From an uncultured Chitinophagaceae bacterium (GTDB taxonomy: Bacteria; Bacteroidota; Bacteroidia; Chitinophagales; Chitinophagaceae), in NCBI GenBank assembly GCA_963759555.1, contig CAVWZV010000005.1, positions 71,422-135,421 on the forward strand: DNA of 64,000 nucleotides, given 5' to 3'. A program made the position numbers and the translations under genes. Positions 53,819-63,969 of this stretch are shown piece by piece. A model generated the notes under the pieces. That model had not been told where the DNA came from and searched no databases. It saw only the letters and a program-made list of their open reading frames with translations. Position 1 is the stretch's first letter; the number at the start of each line of letters is the position of its first letter.

Positions 53819-55717
53819 ATGGTTGATTCATTTGAAAAAATTCCGGTAGAGATTTTTGCAGATTCAAAGGAAGGTTCAAAATATGCAGCTTCTGAAATTG
53901 CAAAACTCATTAAAGAAAAACAAAGCAGCAACGAAACTTGCGTGTTGGGATTAGCAACCGGTTCTACACCCATTACCTTGTATGCAGAACTGGTAAGATT
54001 GCATCGAGAAGAAAAACTAAGTTTTAAAAATGTAATCAGCTTTAATCTTGATGAATATTACCCCATTGAAAAAGATGCAGTACAAAGCTATTGGACTTTT
54101 ATGCACCGGCATTTGTTTGATCACATTGATATTAATCCGAATAATATTCATATACCAAATGGTTCATTACCCAAAGAAAAGGTGAAAGAACATTGCGCCG
54201 CATATGAATTAATGATTGACGAGGCCGGTGGAATTGATTTACAGGTTCTCGGTATTGGAAATAACGGTCACATTGGTTTTAATGAACCGGGCTCGAGCAG
54301 GTATTCAAAAACGCGTCTTACAAATCTTGACAGCAATACGCGCAATGCGAATGCAAGAGAATTTGATAACATCTCAAAAGTGCCGCGGCTTGCCATAACA
54401 ATGGGCATAAGTACCATCATGAAATCAAAAAGAATTTTGCTTTTGGCATGGGGGCAAAAGGCAAATATTGTTGCAAAAGCTGCGGAAGGCGATGTAACTG
54501 AACAGGTGCCTGCAAGTATTTTACAACAACATAATAACTGCACATTTATTCTTGACATAAACGCGGCTGCTGAACTTACACGTTTTAAAACGCCCTGGCT
54601 TACCGGCGAAATTGAATGGACTTCTAAACTGATAAAACGTGCCGTAGTAAATATGGCACTAAAATTAAACAAGCCGGTTTTAAGTTTAACCAACGATGAC
54701 TATCGCGAAAATGGTCTTGCAGAATTGCTTGCAGAAAAAGGTGATGCCTATGAATTAAATCTGCAGGTGTATTATTTACTTCGTGATAGCATAACCGGCT
54801 GGCCCGGTGGAAAACCAAATGCAATAATTCCTGCACATCCTGAGCGCAGTGAACCGTATCCAAAACGATGTTTAATTTTTTCTCCGCATCCTGATGATGA
54901 TATTATAAGTATGGGCGGAACGTTTATGCGCTTGCATGACCAGGGGCACGAGGTACATGTTGCTTATCAAACCAGCGGTAATATTGCAGTAACAGATGAA
55001 TTTGTAACAAGGTTTATAGATTTTGCTGTTGGCTTTGAGGAATTATTTGAAATGGATAATGTAAAAAGTCATAAGATACTGGAAGATGCGAGAACATTCC
55101 TTGCAACAAAAAAATCCAATCAAAGAGACACAAACGAAATAAGAGAAATAAAAGGTTTGATAAGACGATGTGAGGCAAAAGCAACTTGTCGTTACGTTGG
55201 CTTAAAAGACAATCAAATTCATTTTCAGAATTTACCGTTTTATGAAACGGGAGCCATTGATAAAAAGCCGATGAGTAAAGAAGATGTTGATATAACCGTT
55301 GCACTGTTAAGAGAAATACAGCCGCATCAAATTTTTTGTGCAGGCGATTTTGCGGATCCGCATGGCACGCATCTTATCTGTTTCAATATTGTTGCAGCCG
55401 CTTTAAAAATTTGTAAAGAAGCAAAAGATAAATGGATAAGTGATTGCTGGCTCTGGTTATATAAAGGCGCCTGGCAGGAATGGAATATTGAAGATATTGA
55501 AATGGCCATTCCAATGAGCCCTGAGCAGGTTAGGAAAAAACGTTACGGTATTTTCATCCATCAAAGTCAAAAAGATATGGTGCCTTTTCAGGGAAGCGAT
55601 AATCGCGAATTCTGGCAACGTGCTGAAGAACGTAACGCAAACACTGCTAATTTGTATGCAACCTTAGGCCTAACACGCTATGCTGCTATGGAGGCATTTG
55701 TTCGCTGGAAATATTAA
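53819..55717 (+). CDS. nagB: Glucosamine-6-phosphate deaminase fused to a PIG-L-like domain
   Basis: LGLATGSTP, FNLDEY, GNNGHIGFNEP; second domain SPHPDDD, DPHGTH. Confidence 0.93.
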   Translation: MVDSFEKIPVEIFADSKEGSKYAASEIAKLIKEKQSSNETCVLGLATGSTPITLYAELVRLHREEKLSFKNVISFNLDEYYPIEKDAVQSYWTFMHRHLFDHIDINPNNIHIPNGSLPKEKVKEHCAAYELMIDEAGGIDLQVLGIGNNGHIGFNEPGSSRYSKTRLTNLDSNTRNANAREFDNISKVPRLAITMGISTIMKSKRILLLAWGQKANIVAKAAEGDVTEQVPASILQQHNNCTFILDINAAAELTRFKTPWLTGEIEWTSKLIKRAVVNMALKLNKPVLSLTNDDYRENGLAELLAEKGDAYELNLQVYYLLRDSITGWPGGKPNAIIPAHPERSEPYPKRCLIFSPHPDDDIISMGGTFMRLHDQGHEVHVAYQTSGNIAVTDEFVTRFIDFAVGFEELFEMDNVKSHKILEDARTFLATKKSNQRDTNEIREIKGLIRRCEAKATCRYVGLKDNQIHFQNLPFYETGAIDKKPMSKEDVDITVALLREIQPHQIFCAGDFADPHGTHLICFNIVAAALKICKEAKDKWISDCWLWLYKGAWQEWNIEDIEMAIPMSPEQVRKKRYGIFIHQSQKDMVPFQGSDNREFWQRAEERNANTANLYATLGLTRYAAMEAFVRWKY

Positions 55718-55736
55718 TATTAAGGAAGAATATCCA

Positions 55737-55777
55737 CAAAAAAAATAGCTGCAGATGATTGCAGCTATTTTTTTTTG
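55737..55777. terminator. Bidirectional intrinsic terminator
   Basis: AAAAAAAATAGCTGCA-GATGAT-TGCAGCTATTTTTTTT between convergent genes. Confidence 0.85.
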
Positions 55778-55782
55778 AACGC

Positions 55783-56058
55783 TTAAGCATCCGTATCCGT
55801 TGTTGTTGTTTTTGTAACAGAAACACGGTCGGTTCGCCCGCCGCCCCGTAACAATGCGATTAATAAAAGAACAAAAACAGCACCGCCTACAATCCAAACC
55901 CATGGCTGTGTGTACCATGTTTGTGTTTCGGTATGTGTAGTAGTGGTAGTAACACTATTACCTCCATCATCCTGACCAAAACTTAAGGTTTGCAATAAAC
56001 TTAAAAACAAGACAATTGCAACCGTTTTAATGTTTACGAATTTTCGTAACTGTTTCAT
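55783..56058 (-). CDS. Small membrane protein (signal peptide, Thr-rich linker, TM helix)
   Basis: WYTQPWVWIVGGAVFVLLLIAL motif. Confidence 0.75.
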   Translation of the reverse strand: MKQLRKFVNIKTVAIVLFLSLLQTLSFGQDDGGNSVTTTTTHTETQTWYTQPWVWIVGGAVFVLLLIALLRGGGRTDRVSVTKTTTTDTDA

Positions 56059-56117
56059 AAAAAAAATTTTAATTGTTAGTAACTTATTTCATAAAGAAAT
56101 AAATATGTATTTTTTTA

Positions 56118-56170
56118 TTCAACAACTAAGCCAATAAGTTTTACAACATTTTATTGGTAACTTTTTTGCA
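56118..56170. promoter_or_regulatory. Back-to-back putative sigma54 promoters
   Basis: + TGGTAACTTTTTTGCA (56155-56170) and - TGGCTTAGTTGTTGAA (56133-56118), both with 12-nt GG-to-G spacing. Confidence 0.5.
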
Positions 56171-56192
56171 GATTGGATTTAAATCTTTCTCT

Positions 56193-57167
56193 ATGAAAAA
56201 GAAGGTGTCGTTTAAAGGTATCTGGGAAATCTTAAAAAATTCGTTTAAAGGCTTTGGACAGGATAACGTAACAAAACTTAGCGGCTCCCTCGCTTATTAC
56301 ACTGTGTTTTCAATGGGTCCTTTACTGGTTGTTATTATTTCTTTATGCGGAATATTTCTTGGGCGAGAAGCTGTTGAAGGAAGAATATTTACGCAGCTTG
56401 ATGGATTTGTGGGTCATGATACGGCTTTGCAGTTGCAGGAAATAATTAAGAATGCATCAATAGGCGGAAAAGGGCACATTGCTGCGGTGATAGGTGTTAT
56501 TACTTTATTAATTGGCGCTACAACAGTTTTTGGTGATATACAGGATTCAATAAACAAAATATGGGGCCTGAAAGCAAACCCAAAAAAGGGCTGGCTTAAA
56601 ATGCTTCAAACCCGTTTCCTCTCTTTTTCTGTAATTATTAGCTTAGGATTTTTATTGCTTGTTTCTCTTGGTATTTCGGCATTGATAGAAGCATTAAGCA
56701 GCCGTTTAAAGGCAGCTTATCCTGATGTTACTGTTGTTGTGTTTTATATAATAAATCTTGTACTCACGCTCATAATTACAACACTAATTTTTGCCGTTGT
56801 CTTTAAGGTATTGCCAGATGCAAAAATTAAATGGAGAGATGTTTTAGCGGGTGCAATTGCAACAGCCATTTTATTTATGCTTGGCAAATTCGGGATATCA
56901 TTTTATATAAGCAAAAGCAATGTAGGCAGCACGTATGGCACCGCAGGTTCGCTTGTAATTTTATTGCTCTGGGTTTATTATTCATCTATCATACTTTATT
57001 TTGGTGCCGAGTTTACAAAGGCATACGCCATTAAATATGGTTCAGAAATTCATCCCAATTCTTATGCAGTAACCATGAAACAGGTTGAAGTGGAAACCGG
57101 AAAACAATCTGTTCAAAAAAAAGAAGAAGCAACACATGAAGTGAAAGTTGTTCCTACACCAAAATAA
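56193..57167 (+). CDS. YihY/virulence factor BrkB family membrane protein
   Basis: SLAYYTVFS, FKVLPD, YGTAGSLVILLLWVYYSS, GAEF. Confidence 0.9.
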   Translation: MKKKVSFKGIWEILKNSFKGFGQDNVTKLSGSLAYYTVFSMGPLLVVIISLCGIFLGREAVEGRIFTQLDGFVGHDTALQLQEIIKNASIGGKGHIAAVIGVITLLIGATTVFGDIQDSINKIWGLKANPKKGWLKMLQTRFLSFSVIISLGFLLLVSLGISALIEALSSRLKAAYPDVTVVVFYIINLVLTLIITTLIFAVVFKVLPDAKIKWRDVLAGAIATAILFMLGKFGISFYISKSNVGSTYGTAGSLVILLLWVYYSSIILYFGAEFTKAYAIKYGSEIHPNSYAVTMKQVEVETGKQSVQKKEEATHEVKVVPTPK

Positions 57168-57185
57168 TTCATCAAACATTTTCAT

Positions 57186-57402
57186 ATGGCAAAAGCAACA
57201 ACTAAAAAGGCAGCGAAAAAAGCTGGTAAGAAATCAGCAAAAAAAAGCAGTACTAAAAAAAAATAAGTTGGGGGTAAAAAATTCTTTGGTTAATAACATC
57301 AAAGCAAAAAAGAAAAAGGGTACATCACACACCAAAAAAAAGTCAACCGTATCTAAAAAAAATTATGATGACATGGAAAATAACTGGGGAAAAAAGAAAT
57401 AG
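57186..57402 (+). CDS. Small Lys-rich basic protein; probable frameshift in the A9 run at 57255-57263
   Basis: MAKATTKKAAKKAGKKSAKKSSTKK joins NKLGVKNSLVNNIKAKKKKGTS...WGKKK if one A is removed. Confidence 0.6.
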
Positions 57403-57416
57403 TATTTTCACATTTA

Positions 57417-57977
57417 ATGAGTGTGTCTCCGCATGTTATTTTAGGAATTGATCCCGGAACTGTAATTATGGGATATGCAATTGTAACTGCAAACGGAAAT
57501 ACAGTTGAACTTCTGAAAATGGATGTATTAAAACTGGCGTCTTATAAAGATGCTTACAGGCGTTTAGAAATAATTCATTCTGCAGTATGTAATTTAATAC
57601 AAACACATAAGCCAACGATGTTTGCAATTGAAGCGCCTTTTTTTGGAAAAAATGTGCAGAGCATGTTGAAGCTTGGCAGGGCGCAGGGTGTAGCAATTGC
57701 CGCGGCAATGCAAGCTGAAATTCCTGTTACTGAGTATTCGCCAAAGAAAATAAAACAGTCAGTAACGGGCAACGGAAATGCTACCAAAGAACAAGTATTT
57801 AAAATGCTGCAGCATATAATTCAGTTTGAAGAAAAGCCACATTTTTTTGACGCTTCCGATGCATTGGCAGTTGCATTGTGTCATCATTATTCAACAACAT
57901 CCGTAATTAATTTAAATAAGAAAACAGTTAAAGGCTGGAAGGATTTCATTTCACAAAATCCGGGCAGGTTAATTTAA
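57417..57977 (+). CDS. ruvC: Holliday junction resolvase
   Basis: ILGIDPG, AIEAPF, LGRAQG, TGNGNATKEQV, DASDALAVA. Confidence 0.95.
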   Translation: MSVSPHVILGIDPGTVIMGYAIVTANGNTVELLKMDVLKLASYKDAYRRLEIIHSAVCNLIQTHKPTMFAIEAPFFGKNVQSMLKLGRAQGVAIAAAMQAEIPVTEYSPKKIKQSVTGNGNATKEQVFKMLQHIIQFEEKPHFFDASDALAVALCHHYSTTSVINLNKKTVKGWKDFISQNPGRLI

Positions 57978-58370
57978 TTATTTCAAATTTTCCAGAATTT
58001 TTTTCTGTGCTTCTTTTAACTGCACCTCGTTTAGCTTTATTTTTCCTCTTGTAAAATTTAAATCATCTGCTGAATTTATTGGCACTAAGTGTAAATGCGC
58101 GTGAGGAACTTCAAGACCTATTACTGCTATTCCACAACGGTTACATTTATAAGATTTTTCAATTGCTTTTGCAATCGGCTTGGCAAACACCAGTAAAGAA
58201 TTCAAATAACTATCATCCAGGTCAAACATATTATCTGTTTCAGCTTTAGGCACCACCAGTGTGTGTCCTTCTACCAATGGAAATATATCAAGAAAAGCAA
58301 AAAACTTTTCATCCTCTGCAATTTTGTAAGATGGAATATCGCCTGCAATAATTTTGGAAAATATGCTCAT
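57978..58370 (-). CDS. HIT family protein
   Basis: SIFSKII, FLDIFP, GHTLVVP, VPHAHLHLVP. Confidence 0.92.
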   Translation of the reverse strand: MSIFSKIIAGDIPSYKIAEDEKFFAFLDIFPLVEGHTLVVPKAETDNMFDLDDSYLNSLLVFAKPIAKAIEKSYKCNRCGIAVIGLEVPHAHLHLVPINSADDLNFTRGKIKLNEVQLKEAQKKILENLK

Positions 58371-58442
58371 GTAAGAAATTTTTTTGAAGATACATGTTTT
58401 ACATTCAGATAAACAGCACGTTTAAAATGTGATTAAATACTT

Positions 58443-59423
58443 TTAATTAGTTGCCTTTGCTTTCATTGCATTTTTTACAATCAGATCAACAATCGTATTA
58501 ATTAATGGAGCCGGTAAATCATGTCCCATTCCTTTTACTATTTCAAAATCAGCGCCGGGTATATTTGCGGCAACATCTTTTCCCGCGTCTGTTACAACTA
58601 ACGGATCTTCGCTTCCATGAATAACAACCACAGGAACTTTTATTGTTTTTAATTGCTGATGCCTGTCTGTATAAAACGCTGCCAATGAAACAACGCCCTG
58701 CCGCAGAAGACCATCAGGGTAGTATGAACGCGCAACGTCAGCCCTTACATCTTCAAGCAACTTTGCCTGGTCAGGAGGATACACATTGCCTGCAAGAATC
58801 GTTCTCGCCTGCACTTCTCTTTGTATGTTACCTGCAGTATCACCGGCCTTTGCCGGCGGCGGAATTTTATTCATAACATCGGGCTTTGCAATCAGCGGAA
58901 ATGCTGTATCGCCGCCGCCTGCAGATATACTTGCAAGCGATAATGTGTGCTCAGGATGATTATATGCAACGCGTTGCGCAATCATTGCACCCATGGATGC
59001 TCCAACTACATGCGCTTCTTTTATTCCGAGCGCGTCTAACAAACCCACTGCATCATCAGCCATATCATCGAGTGTATAAGGCAGCGGAAATGTCTTTCTC
59101 TCCTGCAATGCTTTTCCTATTGCCGCCCAATCCGGTAAGCCTGCTTTATCAAATTTTGTAGATAATCCAATATCGCGATTATCAAAACGTATAACCCTGT
59201 ATCCGCGTTTTACCAATGCGTTGCAAAATTCAACCGGCCACATTGTAAGTTGTGCATTGGTGCCCGCGATAAGTAAAATTGTTTCATCATTTTTTGATCC
59301 AAAACTTTCGTAAGCAATCGTAATTCCGTTTGCCTGCACCTGCCCGGGTTGTGCATATAATGTATATTGAAAACTGCTGATGAAAAAAACAAGAAAAATT
59401 AATCCGGCAAAAATATTTTTCAT
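58443..59423 (-). CDS. Alpha/beta hydrolase
   Basis: FDNRDIGLS, GASMG nucleophile, HGSEDP, GMGH. Confidence 0.9.
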   Translation of the reverse strand: MKNIFAGLIFLVFFISSFQYTLYAQPGQVQANGITIAYESFGSKNDETILLIAGTNAQLTMWPVEFCNALVKRGYRVIRFDNRDIGLSTKFDKAGLPDWAAIGKALQERKTFPLPYTLDDMADDAVGLLDALGIKEAHVVGASMGAMIAQRVAYNHPEHTLSLASISAGGGDTAFPLIAKPDVMNKIPPPAKAGDTAGNIQREVQARTILAGNVYPPDQAKLLEDVRADVARSYYPDGLLRQGVVSLAAFYTDRHQQLKTIKVPVVVIHGSEDPLVVTDAGKDVAANIPGADFEIVKGMGHDLPAPLINTIVDLIVKNAMKAKATN

Positions 59424-59584
59424 AAATATTCTTTGATAATTAGGAAATATTTTAAAGCGCTAATAGCTGATAACTTCGGGAGTTGTGCGGAGTGCAATTA
59501 ATAACAAGCCGCGTGCCGCGGCATAAGAATGAAGCATTACATTTTAAAAACTAGCGTTAAAGTTATTGACGCTTTTAAATTAAT

Positions 59585-60394
59585 TTAAAATTGATAACGC
59601 ATCAAACGCATCATATTTTTTATTTGCGGAATAAGCGATAAAACACTTAAAGGCAAACGAATTCCAAACGGGAGCTGTTGCTTGCAGGAAGTTTCAAAGA
59701 CTGATAACGTTGTAATCCTTTTTAAACTTGCATTTAGATTGTCTACTTCTTTAACATCATCTACGGCCCATTTATGCACTGCACCGGTTGTGTTTTTAAG
59801 TTTTTCTTTGCCTGATTTTATAGCAAACGAATTCATCACATCAAATATCATTTCGCCTTGTTTAAAATAATTAGTTAACTCCTGAAGAAAAGTTTTTACT
59901 TCTTTAGCTGTAAGATATTCGAGCAATCCTTCCGCAACAATAAGTGTGGGCCTGTTATTTGGAATTTGTTCGAGCCAGCCGGTTTCAGTAACTGATGATT
60001 CAATCATTTCGTAACCCTCTCTGTTTGAATAAAATTTTTTGCGCAACCTGATCACTTCGGGATAATCTACATCAAACCAGGTTACAGTTGAAGGCGGATT
60101 GATTCTTGTGATACGTGTATCTAAACCGCAACCAACATATACCACTACAGCGTTTTTATTTTTGTTTATAAATTCTTTTATCCACTCATCAAATTGCCTG
60201 GCGCGGATAACTACTACACTGTTTCCAAAACCCTTGTATTTTGTCAAATCAAGGTTAACCTTTTTAACTATCTCGTTTGCAGTTTTATCATGTAAAACAG
60301 AATGCCTGGAACGATAGTCTAAAGCTTTTGCATACAAAGTAATAAACAGCGTTTCCTTTTCTTCGGTTAAATGGAATTTGCCTGATGTTTCCAT
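59585..60394 (-). CDS. Class I SAM-dependent methyltransferase (LCM/TcmP-like)
   Basis: ETLFITLYAKA, VGCGLDTR, DVDYPEVI, AEGLLEYL. Confidence 0.88.
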   Translation of the reverse strand: METSGKFHLTEEKETLFITLYAKALDYRSRHSVLHDKTANEIVKKVNLDLTKYKGFGNSVVVIRARQFDEWIKEFINKNKNAVVVYVGCGLDTRITRINPPSTVTWFDVDYPEVIRLRKKFYSNREGYEMIESSVTETGWLEQIPNNRPTLIVAEGLLEYLTAKEVKTFLQELTNYFKQGEMIFDVMNSFAIKSGKEKLKNTTGAVHKWAVDDVKEVDNLNASLKRITTLSVFETSCKQQLPFGIRLPLSVLSLIPQIKNMMRLMRYQF

Positions 60395-60668
60395 AACGCG
60401 TGATGTTTATTTATTCCGGTTCAATTAACTGCCAGCAGTATTGAAGTTAGCTGCTGTTCGCATGAACTTTTAAAGTTGCCGGCCAGTAACCGCGGCTAAA
60501 TTAATAATTAGTTATCTACTGTATTTTCGATTGAAGCCGCCTGCATAAATAATAACAAACTTTCATGGTGCAGTTTTTATCTGCACAGGAGCAACAGGAG
60601 TGAAAAATTTGTAAATGTAACTTGTATTAAATCCATATTTTAGCAGGCTATAAACTAAACCTAAACTA

Positions 60669-62192
60669 ATGAAAATCTTTCTTTGCCTGCTTATGAGCAG
60701 CTTTTTTTTAAAATCTGCATCAGCACAAAAACAAGTATTTTCTTATCCTTTTGAATTTGAAAAAAGCTTTCTACAAAAAAGCGATTATGATGCTTATTTT
60801 CTTGAAGATGAAAAAACCGACCAGTTTGCTTTTATTTTAAAAGACAATAAAAAAGCAGAGTATGTACTTGTTGACAAAACATTTAAAGTGGCATCAAACA
60901 TTAAAAGTGATATTAATAATACTGTATTTGATATAACTGAAAATTATCTTGGTGGCACTACTGAAAGTGGTGTTTTTAATTTCGTGTATAAGGTAAATGA
61001 TAAAAAAGCTTTTTCGCGTGAGAAAATTTATTGCCAGGTTGAAAGCGTGAACTTCAATACCAAAACTATAAGCAATAAAAAGGCATTCGAAATTCCCCGG
61101 GATGAAAAGTTGCTTACTTCCTTCAGCGATCACAACAGGTATTTTTCTATAACCTGTAATGATAAATCAGGCGAGATTATATTATATATGTTGAATGCTG
61201 CAGGTGAACCTGTGATTAAAACAATTGCTTTTAAAGTGCCTGAGGGTAACGATAAAGACAGGAAGAACATTTCAGGATATTTAAAAAATCTTAAGTTAAT
61301 TAAAACTAACGAAGAACCCGGGCTTGAATCTGTTGTACAAACTGCAAAGCTTTTTAGTGATGCGAACAACTTAACTTTCGTGGTGAATAACGGAGACAAT
61401 CCTACGCATATCTTTAATATTGACCTGCTTAATTTTTCAGCCAGCGAAAAATTTATTAATCATAGTAATTTAACTGAGAAAGGGAAAACAGCATCGTATA
61501 TCAATTCGTTTTTGTATGATAACAAACTATTTTCTTTAATCCTGAATAAGAACAATATAAAAATTGCCGTTTACAAAATGCAGGACGGTTCTTTACTGCA
61601 AAGCCATGAAATAAGTGAAGAAACAAACTTTAATTTTTTTGCACAAACCCCTGCATTTGAACAACGGCTCGGGAAAAAAGCAACAGAAAAAGATGTTGAT
61701 GATATTTCCAAATTAATTAAGGCATTAAACAAAGGCACCGAAGGATTAATGGTATATAAAAATAAAAACGGGCAATATGTTATTACTGCCGGCACTTACG
61801 ATCTTATTCCCGTTTCCGGCGGCAGCAGCGGCATGCCAACCGGACACTGGACCACACCTGGGGTTAAAACCACGTATGCCGGCACACCTACACTTACAGG
61901 GTCTAACTATATCTCTACAGGCTATAAACCGGGTACGCCTTACTATACTACCACTTCTGCACGCTTTTATAAAACTACTTATTTTAAGGTGCTGCTTGAT
62001 TCTGCCAGTTATAAAACAACAAGAGGCAAACTGCCGCTTTCTATTAATGCGCAGATAAAAGATTTTATGGAAGATGCAGATAAAAAAGCAAAAGCAACCA
62101 ACCAATTTGCTTTATCAAACGGGCAGTATTATGGTTACTATGATGGCGATTCGAATGCTTATATTATAGAACAGGTATTTATTGCGAAATGA
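60669..62192 (+). CDS. Hypothetical secreted protein
   Basis: 507-aa ORF with signal peptide (..SASA-Q); no motif recognised. Confidence 0.75.
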   Translation: MKIFLCLLMSSFFLKSASAQKQVFSYPFEFEKSFLQKSDYDAYFLEDEKTDQFAFILKDNKKAEYVLVDKTFKVASNIKSDINNTVFDITENYLGGTTESGVFNFVYKVNDKKAFSREKIYCQVESVNFNTKTISNKKAFEIPRDEKLLTSFSDHNRYFSITCNDKSGEIILYMLNAAGEPVIKTIAFKVPEGNDKDRKNISGYLKNLKLIKTNEEPGLESVVQTAKLFSDANNLTFVVNNGDNPTHIFNIDLLNFSASEKFINHSNLTEKGKTASYINSFLYDNKLFSLILNKNNIKIAVYKMQDGSLLQSHEISEETNFNFFAQTPAFEQRLGKKATEKDVDDISKLIKALNKGTEGLMVYKNKNGQYVITAGTYDLIPVSGGSSGMPTGHWTTPGVKTTYAGTPTLTGSNYISTGYKPGTPYYTTTSARFYKTTYFKVLLDSASYKTTRGKLPLSINAQIKDFMEDADKKAKATNQFALSNGQYYGYYDGDSNAYIIEQVFIAK

Positions 62193-62314
62193 TATTATAG
62201 CGTTTGCGTTAGGTATGAGGTTGACAGCTTCAAACGGTTGTTTCAAAGCGCTGTTACTTAATGAGAAATTAAATAATTAAATCAATCACCACAGAATTCT
62301 CAAAGTCGCAATAA

Positions 62315-63175
62315 TTATGCATTATGTTTATAAGAAACCACATGCTGTTTTGCTGTACCCAGGCCTTCAATTCCGCATTCAATTACATCACCGGGTTTTA
62401 GATAAACCTGTGGACTCATTCCTAAGCCAACACCAGCAGGTGTTCCGGTTGAAATAATATCACCGGGCAATAAAGTCATAAACTGGCTAACATAAGAAAC
62501 TACATACGCCACATTAAAAATAAAATTACAGGTATTTCCGTCCTGCATTTTTTTATCGTTCACAGTTAGCCAAAGCCGCAAATTATTAACATCATTTATT
62601 TCATCTTTTGTAACAAGATAAGGACCCATTGGTGCAAACGTATCACAACCCTTCCCTTTATCCCACGTGCCGTTTCGCTCCATCTGAAATTCCCGTTCGC
62701 TCACATCATTGTGCAAAACATAACCCGCAACATAACGCAGCGCATCTGCTTCTTCAACATAAGTTGCTTTTGTGCCGATAACAACAGCCAGCTCAACTTC
62801 CCAATCTGTTTTTTTAGAATTGCGCGGAATAACAATATTATCATTTGGGCCAGCGAGTGCAGTGGTAGATTTTAGAAATATCACCGGTTCTTTGGGTGGT
62901 TCAGCGCCGGTTTCTTTTGCATGATCTACATAATTTAAACCGATACAAACAATTTTCGATGGCCGGGCAACAGGGCTTCCTAATCTTGTTTCCGAGGTCA
63001 CTTCGGGTAATGACGCCTGGTTATCGTCAATAAACTTTTGTAATCTTTTTATGCCATCATTTTCAAAAAATTGTTCATTGTAATCTTCATCAAAAGCAGA
63101 TGTGTCATACAAAACATTACCAACAGCAATGCCTGTCTTTTCTTTATTCAAATCACCAAAACGTACCAGTTTCAT
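62315..63175 (-). CDS. Fumarylacetoacetate hydrolase family protein
   Basis: KIVCIGLNYVDH, DWEVEL, NDVSER, KGKGCDTF, PGDIISTGTP. Confidence 0.92.
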   Translation of the reverse strand: MKLVRFGDLNKEKTGIAVGNVLYDTSAFDEDYNEQFFENDGIKRLQKFIDDNQASLPEVTSETRLGSPVARPSKIVCIGLNYVDHAKETGAEPPKEPVIFLKSTTALAGPNDNIVIPRNSKKTDWEVELAVVIGTKATYVEEADALRYVAGYVLHNDVSEREFQMERNGTWDKGKGCDTFAPMGPYLVTKDEINDVNNLRLWLTVNDKKMQDGNTCNFIFNVAYVVSYVSQFMTLLPGDIISTGTPAGVGLGMSPQVYLKPGDVIECGIEGLGTAKQHVVSYKHNA

Positions 63176-63204
63176 TCTTGAAAGTTTATGTTATGTGATT
63201 AAAA

Positions 63205-63969
63205 TTATGTATTCAGCTTTATAAAACCACCATCCACTGTGTAATCGCTTCCTGTAATGAATGCTGCTTCATCGCTGCATAAAAATAAAATGGCAGAAGC
63301 AACTTCCTCCGGTTTAGCCATGCGGCCAATCGGTTGTGTTTTTGATAATTTTTCAAACATCTCCTGCTCTTTTCCTGCATAGTTTTTTGCCAGGAAATTA
63401 TCTACAAAAGAAGTATGCACGCGTGCCGGGGAAACAGAATTGCAGCGAATATTATCTTTTAAATAATCTTTTGCAACAGATAACGTAATTGCCGCAACAG
63501 CGCCTTTACTCATTGAATATGCAAACCTGTCATCAAGGCCAACAATGGCGGCAACAGAACTTAAATTTAAAATTATGCCGCCTTTATTTTTTTGCATTAA
63601 CGGAATGGCGGCAAATAAACAATTGTAAATGCCTTTTACATTCACGCGAAAAATTCGATCAAAATCTTCTTCTTGTGTTGTATGCGCTTTGCCAATATGA
63701 GAAATACCCGCACTGTTAACAAGAATATCAATTTTAGTAATTGACTGAAAAACTTCAACCGTTTTCTGTTGATTACTTACATCACAAACGTGTACTTCCG
63801 CATTTCCGCCGGCCTTATTTATTTCTGCCGAGGTTTCATTTGCTGAGGTTTCGTTTATATCAACTATGTGAACAATTGCTTTCTGTTTCGCAAACAACAG
63901 GCAAACTGCTTTGCCAATTCCGCTGCCGCCGCCGGTAATTACAGCATGCTTATTTTTTAAACTAAACAT
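63205..63969 (-). CDS. SDR oxidoreductase (2-keto-3-deoxy-L-fuconate dehydrogenase-like)
   Basis: TGGGSGIG, NSAG, RFAYSMSKG, PARVHT, QPIGR; paired with an FAH-family gene. Confidence 0.82.
   Translation of the reverse strand: MFSLKNKHAVITGGGSGIGKAVCLLFAKQKAIVHIVDINETSANETSAEINKAGGNAEVHVCDVSNQQKTVEVFQSITKIDILVNSAGISHIGKAHTTQEEDFDRIFRVNVKGIYNCLFAAIPLMQKNKGGIILNLSSVAAIVGLDDRFAYSMSKGAVAAITLSVAKDYLKDNIRCNSVSPARVHTSFVDNFLAKNYAGKEQEMFEKLSKTQPIGRMAKPEEVASAILFLCSDEAAFITGSDYTVDGGFIKLNT

Noticed and set aside
374-63938. Numerous 60-200 aa ORFs antisense to or overlapping the called genes
   Set aside because: Shadow ORFs with no recognisable motifs
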